64,000 nucleotides of DNA, from assembly GCF_964188315.1 (NCBI RefSeq), contig NC_135664.1, positions 16,740,001 through 16,804,000 of the forward strand, in the 5' to 3' direction. A program made the position numbers and the translations under genes. The DNA is from Podarcis muralis. Its lineage: Eukaryota. The notes beneath the pieces are model-generated. The model was not told the DNA's origin, did no database searches, and saw nothing but the letters and a program-made list of their open reading frames with translations. The stretch's first letter is position 1. Each line of letters opens with the position of its first letter. Below, piece by piece: positions 36,087-47,876 of the stretch.

Positions 36087-36789
36087 CAGGGTGGATAAAA
36101 ATCAATTATTTTTTTAAAAAATAATAATTAAAAAATTGATTTTAAAAAATATTAAATCAGATTTTTTTTTATTTAAATCAGATTTTTTTAAATTTAAATT
36201 GGATTTTTAAAATAAAATGTTTTGGAGGAAAAATCTTACTAAATATAGTTTTCTATTTAAGTTAGATTATAGTCCAAAGGCTATTCATCAGGAAATAAGG
36301 ATTTAAGTTTTTCATGTGTGCTAAAACTCACTCTAAGATTTTTGTTTTTTAAAATTGTCTAACCACATCAGTTAACAAACATGGATACACATGCTATAAT
36401 GTTATTGATTTAGTTAAACAAATTGTTTAAATTGTTATTAAGGAAATGATTATTTTTCTCCGTCCAATAAAGCACAGCAGAAAAGTTGTCCAAATATAAA
36501 GAGTTAACTTATTAAACTTCACAATAATTTCATAATTATCTGTCTATGCATTTCTAATAGTATAATCAAATCAGTAATTTTTGATATAACTGTAAAAACT
36601 ACTCTGAAAATTTATTATTCCAAAAATGAAACCTTCATCTGGTTGTAAATATTAAGATTATACCAGCAAGAATGAGTCTTTCTGTAAAAAAAATAAAAAT
36701 TAAATCAAGTCTTACTGACTAGTGATTTAAATCAAGTCTTACTGACTAGTGATTTAAATCATGATTTGATTTATATCAAATCCACCCTG
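36087..36789. mobile_element. 703-bp AT-rich non-autonomous hAT element
   Basis: TIRs cagggtggat / atccaccctg; 8-bp TSD cagaccgc/cagaccgt; clustered tttaaatc motifs near both ends. Confidence 0.87.
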
Positions 36790-37505
36790 CAGACCGTGTA
36801 CTCCAAATCCCAGTTTTCTTCTTCTTTTGAGCAGCCTGCTTCTGCTGCTCTGATACCTTTCTGCATCAACAATTGCTTGAGACCCAGCTGGTTTTTTACT
36901 AAGCTCTAATATACAATCAATAAAGCCCGATTAATGAACTCGCAAGCAACATCATACAGTGGGAGTACATGCACCTTCAGGAGCAACCAAGACTCCACCA
37001 GCTATTCCAGAACACTAATTCAATATGCATGCAAGTCTGGCAGGTGGTACGCTAGCAGCTGTGCCTGTGCCCATATTTAAAGCAGAAGAAACAAAGCAGG
37101 GAGAGTTCGAGGTGTGGGGAAGTCCAGGCTGGGTGGAAATTAGAGTAAGTTAGAGAAACCTGCAATTGGATTTCATGAACTTGACTGGATGTGGGGATTC
37201 CTGAGCACACATTCTGTGATGAGCCACAGAAATGCCCTTTCGCAAAAGATCCCCATACAAAAATAAAAATAATGACAGAAATGATCACCTGCATTTTTAG
37301 GCAAAATCTGCAATCAGGCAAGCTGGCAGAAATATAGTGTCCTTTTCACAGATATTCCCCCTCCCCCAAATGCATATTCAGTTCTAATGTAATGATTTGC
37401 ATGTGTAACTGCTTGGCAGACACTGTTCTGAATGATCTTCGGTAAAACGTTACGCTCGGACCAGCTCCGTGATGACTGAATTTCAAGAAAATTTAAACAG
37501 TGGTA

Positions 37506-37856
37506 AAGCTAAAGGTACCCCTGACCATTAGGTTCAGTTGTGACCGACTCTGGGGTTGCGGCGCTCATCTCGCTTTATTGGCCAAGGGAGCCGGTGTACA
37601 GATTCCGGGTCATGTGGCCAGCATGACTAAGCCGCTTCTGGTGAACCAGAGCAGCACATGGAAGCGCCATTTACCTTACCGCCAGAGCAGTACCTATTTA
37701 TCTACTTGCACTTTGACATGCTTTCGAACTGCTAGGTTGGCAGGAGCAGGGACCGAGCAACGGGAGCTCACCCCGTCGCAGAGATCCGAACCGCCAAACT
37801 TCTGATCGGCAAGCCCTAGGCTCTGTGGTTTAACCCACAGCGCCACCTGCGTCCCT
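37506..37856 (-). mobile_element. Sauria SINE, full length, variant A, inserted in a MITE TIR
   Basis: 9-bp TSD acagtggta (37497-37505, 37857-37865) is the start of the MITE TIR. Confidence 0.92.
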
Positions 37857-37857
37857 A

Positions 37858-38082
37858 CAGTGGTACCTCGGGTTAAGTACTTAATTCATTCTGGAGGTCA
37901 GTTCTTAACCTAAAACTGTTCTTAATCTGAATCACCACTTTAGCTAATGGGGCCTCCCTCTGCCGCCACGCCGCCGGAGCACGATTTCTGTTCTCATCCT
38001 GAAGCAAAGTTCTTAACCCGAGGTACTATTTCTGGGTTAGCGGATCTGTAACCTGAAGCGTATGTAACCTGAGGTACCACTG
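37858..38082. mobile_element. Tigger-like MITE (same family as 2516, 52469, 63203)
   Basis: TIRs cagtggtacctcgggtta / taacctgaggtaccactg; TA on the right. Confidence 0.9.
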
Positions 38083-39499
38083 TATTAGCTTTGAGGATTT
38101 CTCCGGTGTTTCAAGTGTTTCCACCCACCCACCTTTACCTTCCATAATACTATTGATGTTTTCTCTCCTCCATCACTTTAAATTATTTTACTCCATCCTG
38201 AGGTGGAGGAGGAGTTTATCTGGCGACCTAGAATGTACAGGGAAGGGCTCTTCCTCTCTCTGTGTTAGTAACCTCAGTGGTTTCCAAACCACAGATGTCC
38301 AGCCCCTTGCAAATAATGACAGGCCTGCAAAGCTATTATTCAGAGGAAGGGAAATCGGGGGAAAGACTATGTGATCCAGCAGTCTCAATTCCAATCATTA
38401 ATCACCCAAGCATTCACAGCTGACATGCTGAGGAGAGGATTTGGAAAGCTCAAAGGAAGCTCGAGCCAGAACCAAAAGCTCTAGACCGGCAAAGACAAAT
38501 GTCAGGCCTCAGAGACAGCAATTTAAGACAAGGAAACCTAACCTAGAAAGAGCAGGGACTAACACAAGGGTGGGTGTAAACAGCACAGGGCACCAAAGGA
38601 AAAAAACATCTTGTGGGGGGGAAGAGAATCTGGTTTTCTGTGCCAAAACAGAAGTCTTAAGTTGGCAGAAAAGTGAACTGTTTGCCAGAGCTGCCTGACT
38701 CATCAGTTCCACTGGCTAATGAGACCAAAAAAAGTCAATATCCAATCTGCAAGAAAGTTTCAGGCAGGAGAGGAAAGAGTCATATGCCTGTGCCCATATT
38801 GACATTTCTAACCACCCACTAATTCTGCTCCTTCCTGGCAGCGATCACTGTATTTTTATGACTAGATACATAAACGGGGGTAAATGATAGTGCACATAAC
38901 TTCCCTTGGGGTCTTAAACCTGGCAGCTGGAGGATAAAAAACTATGAAGGCTTTAAGTTAAGGAGAGCACCTAGTAAAGCAGGCACAGATGACACACAAC
39001 TGCAGCACACTTTATTATACTTTAACTTCGACAAAGGTCTGCCCAGGATACAGGAGACTTCTGAGCAACTTTGACAGCGGTCTCATCTCATCAAGCGTTT
39101 GTTTACCATAAACATTTGTCAGTCGCATTTCCTAAGGTACAGAGAACATAAAAGCAAAAATACCACAAAATAAAAAAGGAAGAAAGAAAGCCAGCACTGG
39201 AAAGCACGTGAGACTTAGAAGCTATGCCAGAAGCTAAGCAACAGAGATGCAGTGAACACCCCCTTCAAAAAAGGCCACAGAAACAGGGTATTATGCACTG
39301 CAAGAATAAGATCGCTCTGGAACAAACAGAGAGTTTGTCTTTCTAACTGCAGTAGTGGGGTCATAAAGGTCTTCTCTGGAAATGTGGAAGTTGGGTGGTT
39401 GCATGGTTTTCAGAGGCATGTTGGGCAATGAAACAGGCCAGACGACGGAGGCGCAATTATGACCACAGGTGAGAGCTCACAATTATGCCTGACCATGCG

Positions 39500-40140
39500 G
39501 AAGAAATCTTATTGCCAAAGTGAGGTCATGCACCACCAAGCTGCACTGGGTGCCTAATCGCTACCAGGCCCCACTTAAGATGCCGATTTTGGTGGGACCC
39601 AAGTATCTGAAAATGCATCTTTTCCATTTCCTACGTCTTAAGGAGAACCCTGCTCGTAGCTCAATCAACAGTTGCCATTCACTATGTGACACTATGTGCT
39701 TTTGAATTATGGTGTTGGAGGAGACTCTTGAGAGTCCCATGGACTGCAAGAAGATCAAACCTATCCATTCTGAAGGAAATCAGCCCTGAGTGCTCACTGG
39801 AAGGACAGATCCTGAAACTGAGGCTCCAATACTTTGGCCACCTCATGAGAAGAGAAGATTCCCTGGAAAAGACCCTGATGCTGGGAAAGATTGAGAGCAC
39901 AAGGAGAAGGGAACGACAGAGGGCGAGATGGTTGGATAGTGTTCTTGAAGCTACCAGCATGAGTTTGACCAACGAAGAGTCACGAAGAGTCAGAAACGAC
40001 TAAACAACAACAAATGTGACAATGCAGAGCAGGGCCTTCTCTGCTATGGCACCCTGCTATGGCTCCCTCCTACTGGATATGCTGTTGCCCCCATTGTTAA
40101 CAGTTTGATATCAAGCTAAGATGTGTCTTTTCCATCAGGT
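39500..40140 (+). mobile_element. Old L2 fragment interrupted by Bov-B
   Basis: ctgcactgggtgcc...ccaggccccacttaagatgc before and agggccttctctgctatggcacc after the Bov-B insert. Confidence 0.55.
39692..40013 (+). mobile_element. RTE Bov-B LINE 3' fragment
   Basis: FELWCWRRLLRVPWTARRSNLSILKEISPECSLEGQILKLRLQYFGHLMRR..SLEKTLMLGKIE, (caa)n tail; 8-bp TSD atgtgaca. Confidence 0.93.
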
Positions 40141-40531
40141 CTACAGGGACGGCCAATTGAAAGATGTTTTTTCTGCTGCTGGATTAATGTGTTGCTACAT
40201 CTATTGGTTTAATTTGGCTATGTTCTATTTGCCGTGTAGCATTTTAACGAAATGCTGTGTGCCCTGCGAGCCTTTGGCTTGAAAGATGGGTGGTGATAAT
40301 AGCAAAAAGCATGCACTGCAGCCCTCCATATGCTGCCAGACTATATTCCCACCATCTCTGACCACGGGGCACACTGACTGGGGCTGATGCTGTTTTTTAA
40401 AAAAACACCACACAGACTCACAGTATCTACAATTTCATCAATTTCTTAAGTAGAGCCTAATCCACGAAAACCTGTGGAAAATTTCAAGTCTAGAAAGTAC
40501 GTATATGTGGCAGGGGAAGGAGGGCCTAGAC

Positions 40532-40787
40532 CAGGGGTCAGCAACATTTTTCAGCCGTGGGCCGGTCCACTGTCCCTCAGACCATGTGGTGGGCCAGACT
40601 ATTTTTTTTGGGGGGGGGGGGGAATGAACAAATTCCTATGCCCCACAAATAACCCAGAGATGCATTTTAAATAAAAGGACACATTCTACTCATGTAAAAA
40701 CACGCTGATTCCCAAACCATCCACGGGCCGGATTAAGAAGGCGATTGGGCCGGATCTGGCCCCCAGGCTTTAGTTTGCCTACCCCTG
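40532..40787. mobile_element. hAT (Charlie/Buster-type) MITE
   Basis: Ends caggggtcagcaac / gtttgcctacccctg; 8-bp TSD gcctagac/gcctagag. Confidence 0.9.
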
Positions 40788-41232
40788 GCCTAGAGTCTAG
40801 ACCCTCCTTGTCCAGTATATGATTAACAAGTGATATGGATGTATGCACAATGCCCTCCAATTTCTATTATTCTTCCCACTTCACAAATGGCATCATGCAA
40901 GAGATTCAGTGTTGTCCAGGGCTAGCCAGTGAGCTCTGCAGCTGCGTAAGAATGTGAATCTGGGTTTCTTGCAGCCAAGTTCAGCTACTGCATCTCAGGG
41001 TTTATCTACTTTTACCTTTGGGTCCTCTCTTTCCAGGTACAGTTCCATACTTAAAAGCTCAGTGTCCAAGAATTTATTTGATTTATTCGTTGCCCCAGAG
41101 TCCTGTCCCCCAGCAAAATTCCACTCTTTGGTGCTTAACTGGAGCAAACATCAGTTTGGGTTTTCTGTGGATTGACGTTTGCTCCAATTAAGTTTTAAAG
41201 AGCGGGTTTTGCCAGGGAAAGCTCTGGAGCAA

Positions 41233-41283
<51 letters not shown>
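41233..41283. repeat. (AAT)17 microsatellite
   Basis: Read directly. Confidence 0.96.
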
Positions 41284-41284
<1 letters not shown>

Positions 41285-42973
41285 GTTGCAAGGACACAGA
41301 GCTTTAAAGCCCTTGTGTCTGAAAAGAGCAGAGGAAAAGTGTGGATAAGCCCTCGCTGATTCTTAAGCCATTCCTTCATCTGGGATTATGTGAGAAAGGC
41401 CTGTGCAAATGACAACACATCCTTCCGTTTTCAAGAGATGGCCCAGTTAAGAAGCCTTCACAGAGGTCCTCCTTTGGAGATGGGCATGCATACCATAACT
41501 GTCACACTGTGGTTTTCATGCATCTTTAGAAGTCATAAAATGGCACCCCATATGTTTAAGATGAAATGTGGGAAGTAGACCTGTGAGATTTGTCCAAGGG
41601 CACAGAGGCAACCTTCGCTGGAATCTGACACTGAAACTAATCTTTGTTATGCTTTGGCCCTGATGCCCTAAACCAATCTTTCTCTTCCACCCATATTTAA
41701 GTCCCCAGTTCCACAGCAGTGGAAGTTCAGGGTCCCTCTCAGAAATCTCACAGAACTGTGAACTATAAAGAGCCTTTGACACAGCACCTGATTAGCTATG
41801 CAGTCCTTTTCAGCACCAAACTCAAGCTGTGCACAATTCTTTCCTCCTCTCTCCAAAACTATCAAGGCCCATCACTTGCCCAGGACATCTGCTGGGATTA
41901 ATTGAATTGCAAAGCGCTCTTTCCTGAAAAACCTGTTCCTTTCCTGCCTCCTTTCACACCCTGCAAGGGTAGACTGTTACTCATTTAAAATTCCATTTAA
42001 GTTCATTCCTTTTTGCAGGAGGAAACCCTTCAGAGTTAAGGTATTTCCAAGGGTCCCCAGTAAAGGAATGGCAGAATCAAGTTACAGAATAAAAATATGC
42101 ATTAACGTGTTATGTACACCCTAAAAAGACCAAGGTTTCAAAGTACAGCAGCATTTTGGTGGTGCTTCCTCCTCAACAAAAGTCAGAAATGCCCTTCTTT
42201 TAAGGGTGGCCTAGTAATTGTTGCATGCAAACCATTGCAGATGGCATAGTAGTTTTATCCCAAACCCTTCACCTTCACCTTTAGGAATGAAGAATGCAAG
42301 CGAAACAAAAGAAACAGTGAAAGAATTTAAAATAGTTATTAAGATGAGGCAATTGTTTTCAATACAGTGCAGCAATAATATTTCTTTCCCCCCCCTGACC
42401 AGGCCAGTTTTAAGACTCAATAACATAATTACATGTTTCTACTAAGTCCTATAGCTAAACAGAATTCACAGAAGTGAACATGAAGGAAACGGAGAATGCA
42501 GAAAATGTCTCCAGAGAGCCAAGATCAGCTGGATATCCGAGCTTCAAAAAGTGCCATAACAAGCATTTTTCAGCTGCTGGGATCAAAATAATTTATAGCA
42601 TTTTCTTCCTCAGGTGGGTTACACTGATTCAAAAGGAAAGCAGTGTGCTTTTAAGGAATGTGCCAGCAAGTACGGGCAAGGCAGGACGAGGGCATTCCCC
42701 AGGATTTTCTTTTTTACTCTTTAGTTGGAGGAAACTACTATTCTAGGTCTACCTCTCCGTAGTCCAGGCAGTGACATTCCACTCACATCTGAAACGCTCA
42801 GTTCTTTCCTGGCTCCCTTCAGTGTTCAATTAACCTTGCTGCCGCAAACAACTTCATATCCCAGTCCCACCCCACTCCACCCACCTAAAAAGCAAAATAA
42901 AAACAAATAATGAAGAAGAAACATTGGACTACACTCCAGCATTAGTATACCATTGCAGGGGGTTGGACTAGAT

Positions 42974-43108
42974 TAGTGTTTCCCAAACTTGGGTCTCCAG
43001 TTGTTTTCGGACTACAACTTCCATCATCCCTAGCTAGCAAGACCAGTGGATGGTGGGAGTTGTAGTCTGAAAACAGCTGGAGAGCAGACCCAAGTTTGGC
43101 AAACACTT
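42974..43108. mobile_element. hAT MITE (URR1-like)
   Basis: TIRs agtgtttcccaaacttggg / cccaagtttggcaaacact; TSD gactagat/ggctagat. Confidence 0.88.
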
Positions 43109-43122
43109 GGCTAGATGACCCT

Positions 43123-43377
43123 GGGAGCCAGTGTGGTGTAGTGGTTAAGAGCGGTGGACTCTTAATCTGGTGAACCGGGTTCGCTTCCCCGCTCCTCCGC
43201 ATGCAGCTGCTGGGTGACCTTGGGCTAGTCACACTTCTCTGAAGTCTCTCAGCCTCACTCACCTCACAGAGTGTTTGTTGTGGGGGAGGAAGGGAAAGGA
43301 GATTGTTAGCCACTTTGAGACTCCTTAGGGTAGTTATAAAGCGGGATATCAAATCCAAACTCTTCTTCTTCTTCTTC
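43123..43377 (+). mobile_element. Squam3-like SINE
   Basis: Highly similar to 23971 and 54204; (ctt)n tail. Confidence 0.9.
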
Positions 43378-43557
43378 CAACTCCACAATTCTATGATTCC
43401 TCTAACTCCCCCTTTCCACCCTACCAAAAAGATCAGTAGATCTGGGCTACTTTAAAGGGCTGGTGCAACACCCATGCTCTTACAGTCCTGCTTCCTGCAA
43501 TATGGGTATAATAATGATGGATTTGTAGCAGCAAGGGGTAATTTAAAAAAATGAGTA

Positions 43558-43815
43558 CCGTATTTTTTGCTCTATAAGACTCACTTTTTCCCTCCTAAAA
43601 AGTAAGGGGAAATGTGTGTGCGTCTTATGGAGCGAATGCAGGCTGCGCAGCTATCCCAGAAACCAGAACAGCAAGAGGGATCGCTGCTTTCACTGCGCAG
43701 AGATCCCTCTTGCTGTTCTGGCTTCTAAGATTCAGATTTTTTTCTTCTTGTTTTCCTCCTCCAAAAACTAGGTGCGTCTTGTGGTCTGGTGCGTCTTATA
43801 GAGCGAAAAATACGG
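43558..43815 (+). mobile_element. Tc2/pogo-like MITE with a single-hairpin core
   Basis: TIR ccgtattttttgctctataagac / gtcttatagagcgaaaaatacgg; TA flanks; 25-bp stem at 43658-43726. Confidence 0.9.
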
Positions 43816-43944
43816 TAATTAAAAAAATATATGTTTACAATCTCTTTTTTTAAAAAAAAAAAATGAAATAGGACCCGTCAGTCATAATAAAAATGAACTC
43901 CCACTTCGTTTTGGGATACCTTTTATCTAATCAGAACCAAAGGA

Positions 43945-44140
43945 AGATGGCATTTGCAACCTTTTCAGGTAAGGCGAGTTTGAAGTTTGTTCTGAAAAGC
44001 AATAAAGAGGGAGGCCGACCGCACCAGGGGGAGCATTCCACAGATGGGCAACCACCACTGAAAAGGCCCTCTTACAGGTCAGTGCCAACTGGGCAACCCT
44101 GGGGGCCAGCACCAACAAGGCCCTGCCTGCCAACTGTAGA
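43945..44140 (-). mobile_element. Old L2 fragment
   Basis: gggagcattccacaga.gggcaaccaccactgaaaaggccct is the reverse complement of the L2 3' motif. Confidence 0.65.
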
Positions 44141-45696
44141 CACATGGGGCCTGGGCGACGGAAGCTATCATGTAACTGATTCTGCCATTCCCCATTACAA
44201 GTAATTCTGGTCACAGCTGTTATCTCAGTATACCATTTAGGTTGTTCCTAATGTAAGGTTAATGCAATGTTACCAACATCCTGGGCAAACGTGATATTGT
44301 CTCAGACCTGTGGCTGAGCCTATTTACTCTAGAAATCCCAAGGGACGGATTACTTGCACTTAAAAGTAAGTGTGAATTCTAGAGCATTCTACATGGACCC
44401 ATTTTGGTATGGCTCATTTCACAGTCTGTTCTCATAGTTTGTCCTGTTACCAGAGCCCTGACAGGAATCAGCATTAGCTTCCCCCCCCCCCTTTTCTTCT
44501 TTTTTTTAGGTAATAAATTATTCAGATCCATTATGCACTATTTATTATAGAAATCAATCTGGATAAAAATCTGAAGAAAATGGCCAGGCTACTTCCTTTA
44601 TTGTAACAAGTATCAGCATAAGTAATCAAATCTAGTCAGCCTGAATTTATTTCAAAGGGGAGGTGTGGGTATCAGAAAAGAAATACTAGATAATCTGAAG
44701 ACCATTATCTCTGTGTATAATTCTGACAGTTAGCAGAGGAAAAACATATGCATACACAAAAGTAGGACCCCCTCCCCAAAGTATTATTTTAAAAAATAGG
44801 CGCCCTTATCCAGAGAAGAAATTCTGACATCAGTTTCTAGACTAGGAGCTGCCGGAGGAAAGAAAATACGCATCCAAATTATTGCCCACATGTGAATTTT
44901 GTTTATCTGTATTGTAATTTGATGCACATACCCATCCTATCTCAATATCACATGTAAATATACATAAACAGAACCAGATGCGGGAAAGAGGATTTCTAAG
45001 TTTGGAACTTCACGTCAACTTATGGAAATAATGTGTCACATCCATTAATACTACTTTATTACCAACCTCATCTTCCCTGGAGACTTGACATTCCATTTTG
45101 ATAGCGGAAAAGAGCTCTGCGTTTTATGATGTTCCAGAAGAGCCATTATTGCACTGCTTCATAAGGCTAAGTGCATTGCCAAAAATATGCTTCGCAAGTC
45201 ACTGCATTACCAAAAATATGGTTTCTGAACTAATATTTTGTTTAGAGTAGTTGTTCCACAAGTGTATAAACTGAACTGTCAGTGGCGGTAAGTGAAAATT
45301 AGTAATGCTTTGTTAATATACCTGAGCTCTTACATGGTTAATTAAGTTTGATTAATATGGCTGTGAGTCAGATCCTAGGGACTACCAATACTCTATTCCA
45401 GCCATTGGGAAAGGGCAGAAATTCTATGCTTTTCAAGAGAAGCAAAATATTCATGTTAGTTCTCCGCATGCACAGGATCTGTTTTCTTCACTAAAATCAA
45501 CAGAGGGGGTCTACCTGTACAGGATGCCCATATCAGAGCACACAAAAGGATTTGGCAATGGTGTCCCATCTAAGAAACACTATTTCTTAATATTTCCATA
45601 TAATAGGTTTGCAATGTACACCCACCATGATAGATGCCTTACGCATAAATGTTTTGAATCAATGGAAAACTGGTTTTAGTTATATCTGCTACTCAC

Positions 45697-45755
45697 CGCC
45701 TAGTAAGCTGGTACTGGAAGTCACCTCTCAACATTTAGCATACAACTGTGGGCTC
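45697..45755 (-). other. Candidate 59-nt 5'-UTR exon of PLXNB2
   Basis: Acceptor gctcctgtcttctag and consensus donor GCG|GTGAGT in a repeat-free stretch 12.7 kb upstream of coding exon 1; no transcript evidence. Confidence 0.45.
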
Positions 45756-46441
45756 CTAGAAGACAGGAGCTCTGCCCACATCAAAGGGTAACATCTTAAA
45801 GACCACCTAGAATGGTGATGTGGGTTAAGTTTTCTACTTCCTCCAAGACATATATATATATATATAGACCCCTTTTAAAAGTCTACGGAGGGGAAAACAG
45901 GAAAATGATGACACGAGCTTCAAGTTATTTTAATGCTATGTAGAAAAACAGCCGCGTTTTTAAAACCCTGAAATAAATCTCTCAGAGCTCGAGCAACCGC
46001 TACAAAATTCTTGTGGTAGGATGTAAATTGGGGGGAAGAGAGTTAAAGACACATTGTGGACGGCATATTTACTACACTTATGCTCTGGACCTGAGTTGAC
46101 GTTACCGCTGCAAGTAACACATACGCTTAACATACCAGCTATGAGCCATAGGTGTTTTGGTGCAAACAGCTAAGTTTTGCCTCTTCAAAAAGACATGAGA
46201 ACCAAGCAGCTATGAATCTCATTTAGGAGATGTCTGAATAATAGTTAAGTGCATGCCCTGACATGTTTTGGGTGCACAGAGCAGAGACCATCATGCAGAC
46301 ACAGGTCAGTGGACTAGTTCATATGGGGAGAGTCTGCTTCTGAGAAAGATTCAGCCTACGTAACAAATGAAATTGATAAAAGGTGCACCCAGCTACCACT
46401 AACATCCAGTTAACCCTGATCACATATGGAAGCTGTTCTAC

Positions 46442-46732
46442 CCAGACACTGAGGTCCAGCACCGAGAGCCTTCTGGCGGTTCCCTCACTGCGAGAAGCCA
46501 AGTTATAGGGAACCACGCAGAGGGCCTTCTCGGTAGTGGCACCCGCCCTGTGGAACGCCCTCCCACCAGATGTCAAAGAGAACAACAACTACCAGACTTT
46601 TAGAAGACATCTGAAGGCAGCCCTGTTTAGGGAAGCTTTTAATGTTTGATGCATTACTGTATTTTAATATTTTGTTGAAAGCCACCCACAGTGGCTGGGG
46701 AGGCCCAGCCAGATGGGTGGGGTATAAATAAA
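46442..46732 (+). mobile_element. L2 LINE 3' end, young family
   Basis: Highly similar to 53445; ends ggtggggtataaataaa. Confidence 0.87.
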
Positions 46733-46738
46733 GAAGAA

Positions 46739-46773
<35 letters not shown>

Positions 46774-46823
46774 AGAAGAAGAAGAAGAAGAAGAGGAGGA
46801 GGAGGAGGAGGAGGAGGAAGAAA
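46731..46823. repeat. (GAA)n-(GAG)n polypurine tract at the L2 tail
   Basis: About 90 nt of pure purine, read directly. Confidence 0.96.
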
Positions 46824-47074
46824 CCATCTATCGAAGAAGAAGCTACCATCTATCTATCCCGGAAATGACCAATCCTGCCAGATAACTGGCATTGCCCCTT
46901 CATTCTCATCTGGATTCATTTCAGCTTGTCCAAACTCAGCCTCCAAGCACGAACTAAACACAACGCATCTGCTCCTGGATGCTTATTTAGCGAACTATAT
47001 AGTGTCATCAGCATATTCGTTACACCAGCCCCCTAAAGTTCTAGTCTCCCAGCAGATTCACATTAATGTTAAAC

Positions 47075-47210
47075 CAGTGTTTCCCAAGCTCAGGTCTCCA
47101 GCTGTTTTTGGACTACAATTCCCATCATCCCCAACCACTGGTCTTGCTAGCTAGGGATGATGGGAGTTGTAGTCCAAAAATAGCTGGAGACCTGAGCATG
47201 GGAAACAATG
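47075..47210. mobile_element. hAT MITE (URR1-like)
   Basis: cagtgtttcccaagctcagg / cctgagcatgggaaacaatg; internal ggactacaattcccatcatccc hairpin; TSD not clear. Confidence 0.85.
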
Positions 47211-47373
47211 TCAGTTAAATAACTACTACTACTAGTTACCCACCCCTCACTGTGAGGTGTAAAAAAGATAATACTTTAGGACACCCTCTGTTTCTATATT
47301 ACCAGTGCTATTGTCGAAACTGGCTGACAACAGCTCACAATGATTTCTGGTGCATTTCTCTTCCAGTTCTATG

Positions 47374-47442
47374 TGGAGATACCAGGGATTGAACATGGGA
47401 TTTTCTGTATGCAGAGCAGATGCTCTACCACTGAGCTATGGT
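47374..47442 (-). mobile_element. tRNA-Ala-like SINE head remnant (Squam2-like)
   Basis: Reverse strand catagctcagtggtagagcatctgctctgcat...gttcaatccctggtatctcca; degenerate cloverleaf. Confidence 0.6.
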
Positions 47443-47876
47443 AAAACCGTGCCAACTTTGAGGAAGCCGAGCTAGCATCACAGATGACGACCTCTAAGAC
47501 AAGAAAAAGTATCCAACTAATCAAGAGCCAGACCCCAAACCCATGATTTCCTGAGCTGGTTTAGTCGAAAATGTGACTCATTGTAACCAAAGAAGCTGCT
47601 CAAGAGGTTCAAAACTATAAAGAGGGGAGAATTTGTCAACTTCTGTACACAGTGCCACTGAAGCCATCTTGGCCTGGCTTAGGAACAGTGTGTCGTCCAG
47701 ATGTGTGTTCTACTATACATTCAATTATCCTCCCTTGCAAGGGAAGCTCTGAGATGGATGCAGGGCTGGTGAAATTATCCCAGTCTAAATGTGGCTTGAG
47801 GAAGTCTGCTTATTTAAAATCCAGTGTTCCCTGATTTTGTTCAGCTACAATCCATCAACTCCAGCTAGATAGGTCA

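Larger units (their letters stand above)
42951..43399 (+). mobile_element. CR1 3' tail split by a hAT MITE and a SINE
   Basis: Removing the inserts gives cattgcagggggttggactagatgaccct...ccaactccacaattctatgattc; compare the intact tail at 57557. Confidence 0.75.

Noticed and set aside
37062-38800. Shared 16-mer tgcctgtgcccatatt at 37062 and 38785
   Set aside because: About one exact 16-mer repeat is expected by chance in 64 kb, and the match does not extend.
45173-45220. Small local duplications (tgcatt.ccaaaaatatg twice; also 52338-52400 and 57776-57803)
   Set aside because: Ordinary slippage-type duplications with no further structure.
46691-46885. Poly-Glu ORF (and poly-Ile, HT, SL and ER repeat ORFs elsewhere)
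   Set aside because: Microsatellite translations.
47374-47442. Possible tRNA gene (also SINE heads at 23971, 43123 and 54458)
   Set aside because: Degenerate stems, no intact cloverleaf or oligo-T terminator; these are tRNA-derived SINE heads.
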